Shown here: positions 24,024 to 27,573 of the stretch, in pieces
Layout of the letters: every line of letters starts with the position of its first letter
Numbering within the stretch: position 1 is the stretch's first letter
Source: a virus
Lineage: Duplodnaviria > Caudoviricetes
Reading direction: 5' to 3' (one strand)
Virus record (IMG/VR): IMGVR_UViG_3300005286_000512
Span: 1-27,573 of that record
Length of the DNA stretch: 27,573 nucleotides
The notes under the pieces: generated by a model
Databases searched by the model: none
What the model was told of the DNA's origin: nothing
What the model saw: the letters and a program-made list of their open reading frames with translations, nothing else
Program-made: the position numbers and the translations under genes

Positions 24024-24404
24024 TCACCGCCAATAGCAGAACGACTGAGGCGCGGTGAATCTCTTGGTCAACTTTCTCGGATCTAAGGGCTTTTCGTAGG
24101 GGATTACTTCGTCGACCTCTATTGCGTAGGCTTCGTCGCGGCCGGCAAAATAATCGCGAAAATAGGAATGTGTGATGCCAGCGAACCGGCGCGTTTGCTT
24201 CCAGATTGCTGACGGAGATCCCGACAGGATTCGCTTTACCCTAAATTCGCCAACGATTCTGCCAACCGGCATTGTGCTATAGACGACAACCGTCTCGACG
24301 GATTCGCTCGCGAATCCGCGCTTACGAAACTCGAAACGCTTCTCGCCGGATATAATCTTCTCCGCAAACTCCGGTCTAATCGACAACAAGACTTTCTTGG
24401 ACAC
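24024..24404 (-). CDS. ASCH (PUA-like) domain protein
   Basis: LLSIRPEFAEKIISGEKRFEFRK, VYSTMPVGRIVGEF, APQSF.Y. Confidence 0.88.
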   Translation of the reverse strand: MSKKVLLSIRPEFAEKIISGEKRFEFRKRGFASESVETVVVYSTMPVGRIVGEFRVKRILSGSPSAIWKQTRRFAGITHSYFRDYFAGRDEAYAIEVDEVIPYEKPLDPRKLTKRFTAPQSFCYWR

Positions 24405-25455
24405 GACCTAGTTCGAGGATGTGGCGGAATTGGGAATCATTGAGGGGCAGGAAACCCCAGTAGGCGCCCGGATTCAAGCCCGCGTCTTCGATGAGCACTT
24501 TCCGTGTAACGCGTTTGGTGAGGGCAGCGTTGTAGCTGAATTTAACGACGAACAGTCGCGAAAAATCCTTCCAATAGTTTCGAAGCTCGGTCTCCGAGAA
24601 TACGCTGTAGGGGAGACACTCCTTCACATAGGTATCCTCATCCCGGAATTCGGCCCGTTGGCGGACCTTCTCGACGACCCCGATCGAGGTCGCGACCGAC
24701 CGGTAATGCGCGGCTCCTTGTCCGTCGGACGTGCGGTAAAGGATGAGAATATCTCCGGGGCGAAGAGCACTCAGATCCATCCTACAGATGTAGATCTTAT
24801 GGATGCTGTTGGTATGCGAGACGTCCTCAAGAGTGTCATACGATTCAGTGTTGAGAATCGAGTCTGGCAGCAGGCGCGTGTGATATTCGGGGTGGATGCT
24901 CAGCAAATATTTTCTGCGGCCGCGTGAGTGAATAAAAGGATAGTCCTGAAGGATATCACCCGACAGCGTCCGGAAGCTCTTCGTCAAAACAATCTCCGTT
25001 CCATTCGGTGTGGTCTTGGTCCCGGTCCTGGCAAAGCCATACTTGCCGAGGAGAGCAACCAACCGCTCATGCTTCTCGAAGATCGTCACATACGCTTCGT
25101 CCACGCCACGCGCGATTGCCGTGTCCACGATTCGCTTCACGAACCGCTCACCGAGACGGGTCCCGTGAGGGTTGATCTTGAAGGTGCCCACCTTCATCCG
25201 GTTTGCCGCAGGCATTGGCGGCTCCACGTCAGACAGCGGCCCGGTCTCGAACTTAATGAACAGAAATGCCTGCAGTCGACCGCTCTCGTCGAAGATTACA
25301 CTGGCTTCGTTTTCGCTCTTGCGTGCGAACCAATCGGGAAACTCTGAATAATCCTCCTTCAAAGAATCGAAGAACGGATCGGACAGATCCAGATCCCCGA
25401 ACTTTACGATGTCGATCTGGTAGTCGGCGCGGCCCGAAACACCCATGAAGCCCAT
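24376..25455 (-). CDS. GNAT acetyltransferase fused to a C-terminal PUA/EVE-like domain
   Basis: DPFFDSLKEDY.EF..WF, KVGTFKI..HGTRLGERF, YVTIF, YGF; SIHPEYH, LRPGDILILYR; GGAGG SD. Confidence 0.8.
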   Translation of the reverse strand: MGFMGVSGRADYQIDIVKFGDLDLSDPFFDSLKEDYSEFPDWFARKSENEASVIFDESGRLQAFLFIKFETGPLSDVEPPMPAANRMKVGTFKINPHGTRLGERFVKRIVDTAIARGVDEAYVTIFEKHERLVALLGKYGFARTGTKTTPNGTEIVLTKSFRTLSGDILQDYPFIHSRGRRKYLLSIHPEYHTRLLPDSILNTESYDTLEDVSHTNSIHKIYICRMDLSALRPGDILILYRTSDGQGAAHYRSVATSIGVVEKVRQRAEFRDEDTYVKECLPYSVFSETELRNYWKDFSRLFVVKFSYNAALTKRVTRKVLIEDAGLNPGAYWGFLPLNDSQFRHILELGRVQESLVVD

Positions 25456-25462
25456 ATCCTCC

Positions 25463-25642
25463 CTAAGAGTATCCGAAATGCTTCTTCAGAGCACCGACGC
25501 TGTGACCGACCGCCTTTACAGCGTTTTCGAGTTCGGTCTTCGTGCAGTTGAACTTGTCTGTCCAATAGGACACCTCATGTGCCTGGGTGAGACTGACAAG
25601 CTTGTTATCGGGAATACCGCGGAGTTTAGGATTGTCTGCCAT
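25463..25642 (-). CDS. DUF3606-like small protein, 59 aa (absent from the ORF track)
   Basis: Hand translation MADNPKLRGIPDNKLVSLTQAHEVSYWTDKFNCTKTELENAVKAVGHSVGALKKHFGYS matches the recalled EV.YW..KF......L..AV..VG.S pattern. Confidence 0.75.
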   Translation of the reverse strand: MADNPKLRGIPDNKLVSLTQAHEVSYWTDKFNCTKTELENAVKAVGHSVGALKKHFGYS

Positions 25643-25692
25643 GTTCGTGAGGGTTGAACGCTACCTAACGAATTAGGATTGGCACAGCAAGC

Positions 25693-27573
25693 TCAATTGA
25701 GCGCCTTCATTTTGGTCGCGAGCACGACTGATTCCCTCGTGGCATCCTGCTTCGCGCGCAGCGCGACCAGCACATCGCGCGTGAGAATGAAGCCGAACAG
25801 CTCGCCGATCTTCTCGCAGTCGCCCAGGTGCGGGTCGATCTCGGCCTCCCATTTGTAAACGGCGCGGCCGTCGTCGCCCTTTTTCTTCACGAGCTTTTCC
25901 GCCGTGATCTGTGACACGTATTCGGGCTCGAGCTTTTGCGGGAGGTAGAACTTCGGCGCGCGGCGCTCGCGAATGACGAAGCGATACAGATGCTCCTTCA
26001 TCACGTCGTCGTTGTATTGCAGCAGGTCGATCGTGACCTCGCCCTGGTCTTTGTAGATGTGCTGGATCTGCGTCTCGATGATCGGCGCGTCCTTGCCGCG
26101 GTAGCCGCCGCCCTTCGACGCGATCCAGCGGCCGCCCTGCTCGTGGACGAAGTTGTAGACCGAGGCGCCGCGCTTCGCCCGGTAGCCCGAGTCCATCACG
26201 CCCATCCACATCGTGTGCTCTTCCGGAGGCGCGCCGGAGCCGTCGTCCCATTTCCACACGCGATTGCTGATCGCGATGATCTCCTGGTAGGAGACGCAAT
26301 TCCCGCACGCGAGGAGATAGCGCGAGCCGTCGGCATCCCAGGCGCGCATCGTCCACCAGAAGTCCGTTTGCTGCACGTCGACGTGCATCGTGATCACGAC
26401 CGGACGGATCGGCAGGACCAGCGTCGACTCCGGATCCTCCGGATGCTGCAGGTCGTATTTCGGCGACTCGTCCTGGATGAGCCGCAGCATCTTCTTTGTC
26501 GTGGATCCGGCGGTCCGGACCCACGCGCGCCCGAGGTAACTGTTGTGAAAATGGTGGAGGCCTCCGGGCGTGTCCTTCAGCTGCAGATAGATCTTCGCGA
26601 GTGTGCCCCACCGCAGATTCCCGATCTCGCCGGTCACGAAGAACGAGCGGTGATCCGCGGGAGCGTTCGCGTTCGTCACGTGCCAACGACCGCGACGAAT
26701 CATCCAGTGCTTTTTCGTCTGATCGATCAGCTTCCCACACTCGGCACTGGTGCACCGCAGCTTCGTCCCCTTCTCGACAAGGTCGACGTCGTAGCTGCCG
26801 TCTGGCCGCTTCGCCCCCTTGATGTGCGTCCAATCGAAGTTCTCAAAGAGAATCTCCTGGAAGTGACCACAGTGCGGACACGGCGCCTCGTAGTGTTCGC
26901 AAGTTCCCTTCTCCGCCTCGTGCGAAATCGTGTTCTCCGGCACGGTCGGCGAGCTGCCGAGCACGACCTTGCGCGTGTCGATGTAGGTGATCGTGCGCGC
27001 CTCGAGCAGATCCTTCCGACTCGCCTCCTTGTCGTCCTCACCGGCCCATTTGTCGATCTCGTCGGCGAGCGCGTTCTTGATCGGCAGACTCGCCAGGCTC
27101 GCCGCGTTTCCCGCGCCGCCGGCGAAGAAATCCATCGTGCGGAAATACATCTCCGAGATCGTGAAATGCGTGCGCAGATTGGACGGCAGATACGGCTCGA
27201 GCCGCTTGCATTCGAGAAACCGCGGGTGCAGCTCCTTTCGCACGAAGCGACGCGCCATCTTCGAGCTCGGCATGGCGAGCAGCGTCGGGCCCGGATCCAT
27301 GTCGACGAGCCACATGATGAAATTCGCGAGCATCGTGGTGAAGCCGACCTGCGCGCCCTTCACGATCGTGACGAAGCGCACCTTGCGATCGGAGAGCGCC
27401 TCCATCGGTCCGCGCAGATAGTAGGTGAAGCTCGAGTCGTAAGGCCCGGGCCGCGCCGTCCACTTCGAGCTCAGATAGACAAAGCGATCGGACCACTGCC
27501 AGAGATTCAGCCACTCCTTTGCGGCGAACGCCGTGGCGACGGCCTGCGCGAGAATGCCCCAGATCCGCTTCAT
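25693..27573 (-). CDS. Terminase large subunit, lambda GpA family
   Basis: Walker A KGAQVGFT, Walker B LADEID, SSPT, CPHC...C...C, VDVQ, DSGY, HLGDC. Confidence 0.95.
   Translation of the reverse strand: MKRIWGILAQAVATAFAAKEWLNLWQWSDRFVYLSSKWTARPGPYDSSFTYYLRGPMEALSDRKVRFVTIVKGAQVGFTTMLANFIMWLVDMDPGPTLLAMPSSKMARRFVRKELHPRFLECKRLEPYLPSNLRTHFTISEMYFRTMDFFAGGAGNAASLASLPIKNALADEIDKWAGEDDKEASRKDLLEARTITYIDTRKVVLGSSPTVPENTISHEAEKGTCEHYEAPCPHCGHFQEILFENFDWTHIKGAKRPDGSYDVDLVEKGTKLRCTSAECGKLIDQTKKHWMIRRGRWHVTNANAPADHRSFFVTGEIGNLRWGTLAKIYLQLKDTPGGLHHFHNSYLGRAWVRTAGSTTKKMLRLIQDESPKYDLQHPEDPESTLVLPIRPVVITMHVDVQQTDFWWTMRAWDADGSRYLLACGNCVSYQEIIAISNRVWKWDDGSGAPPEEHTMWMGVMDSGYRAKRGASVYNFVHEQGGRWIASKGGGYRGKDAPIIETQIQHIYKDQGEVTIDLLQYNDDVMKEHLYRFVIRERRAPKFYLPQKLEPEYVSQITAEKLVKKKGDDGRAVYKWEAEIDPHLGDCEKIGELFGFILTRDVLVALRAKQDATRESVVLATKMKALN

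Larger units (their letters stand above)
1..27573. mobile_element. Tailed (pro)phage segment: early genes, lysis, tail, head and packaging modules; ends, integrase and small terminase not in window
   Basis: Terminase, portal, S49 protease, capsid, tail chaperone frameshift, tape measure and endolysin all recognisable; dense overlapping start/stop junctions. Confidence 0.95.

Noticed and set aside
25445-25657. 70-aa + strand ORF from the track
   Set aside because: Antisense shadow of the DUF3606-like gene at 25463..25642
21090-25692. Actively invertible (phase-variable) segment
   Set aside because: No inverted repeats at the junctions and no invertase seen; treated as a fixed inversion pending read data

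Overview
A 27.6-kb GC-rich stretch of a tailed (pro)phage, probably from a Verrucomicrobia/PVC-type host (inferred from A/C-rich, mostly SD-less leaders and protein style). Left end, + strand: early genes including a wHTH-ParB protein. Minus strand, right to left: lambda GpA-type terminase; a lower-GC DUF3606/GNAT/ASCH cassette; scaffold, BPP-1/epsilon15-type capsid and cement genes; a regulatory insert (tandem HTH, LmbU-like); tail genes with a G/GT -1 frameshift; a short tape measure; tail tip and fibre genes including a trypsin-like protease; and lysis genes. The gpW-portal-S49 block is flipped onto the + strand. The most striking signals are non-coding. (1) (T/C)TGACA boxes lie only 13-16 nt before many late start codons with no -10 or SD. 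(2) A dispersed 18-bp parS-like palindrome occurs five times, once inside parB. (3) A canonical-looking integron attC site lies antisense over the start of an early gene. (4) A perfect 34-bp palindrome follows the LmbU-like gene. (5) A dispersed 7-8-mer repeat family and two long RNA hairpins are present. All calls are by eye and from recalled motifs; no searches were run.
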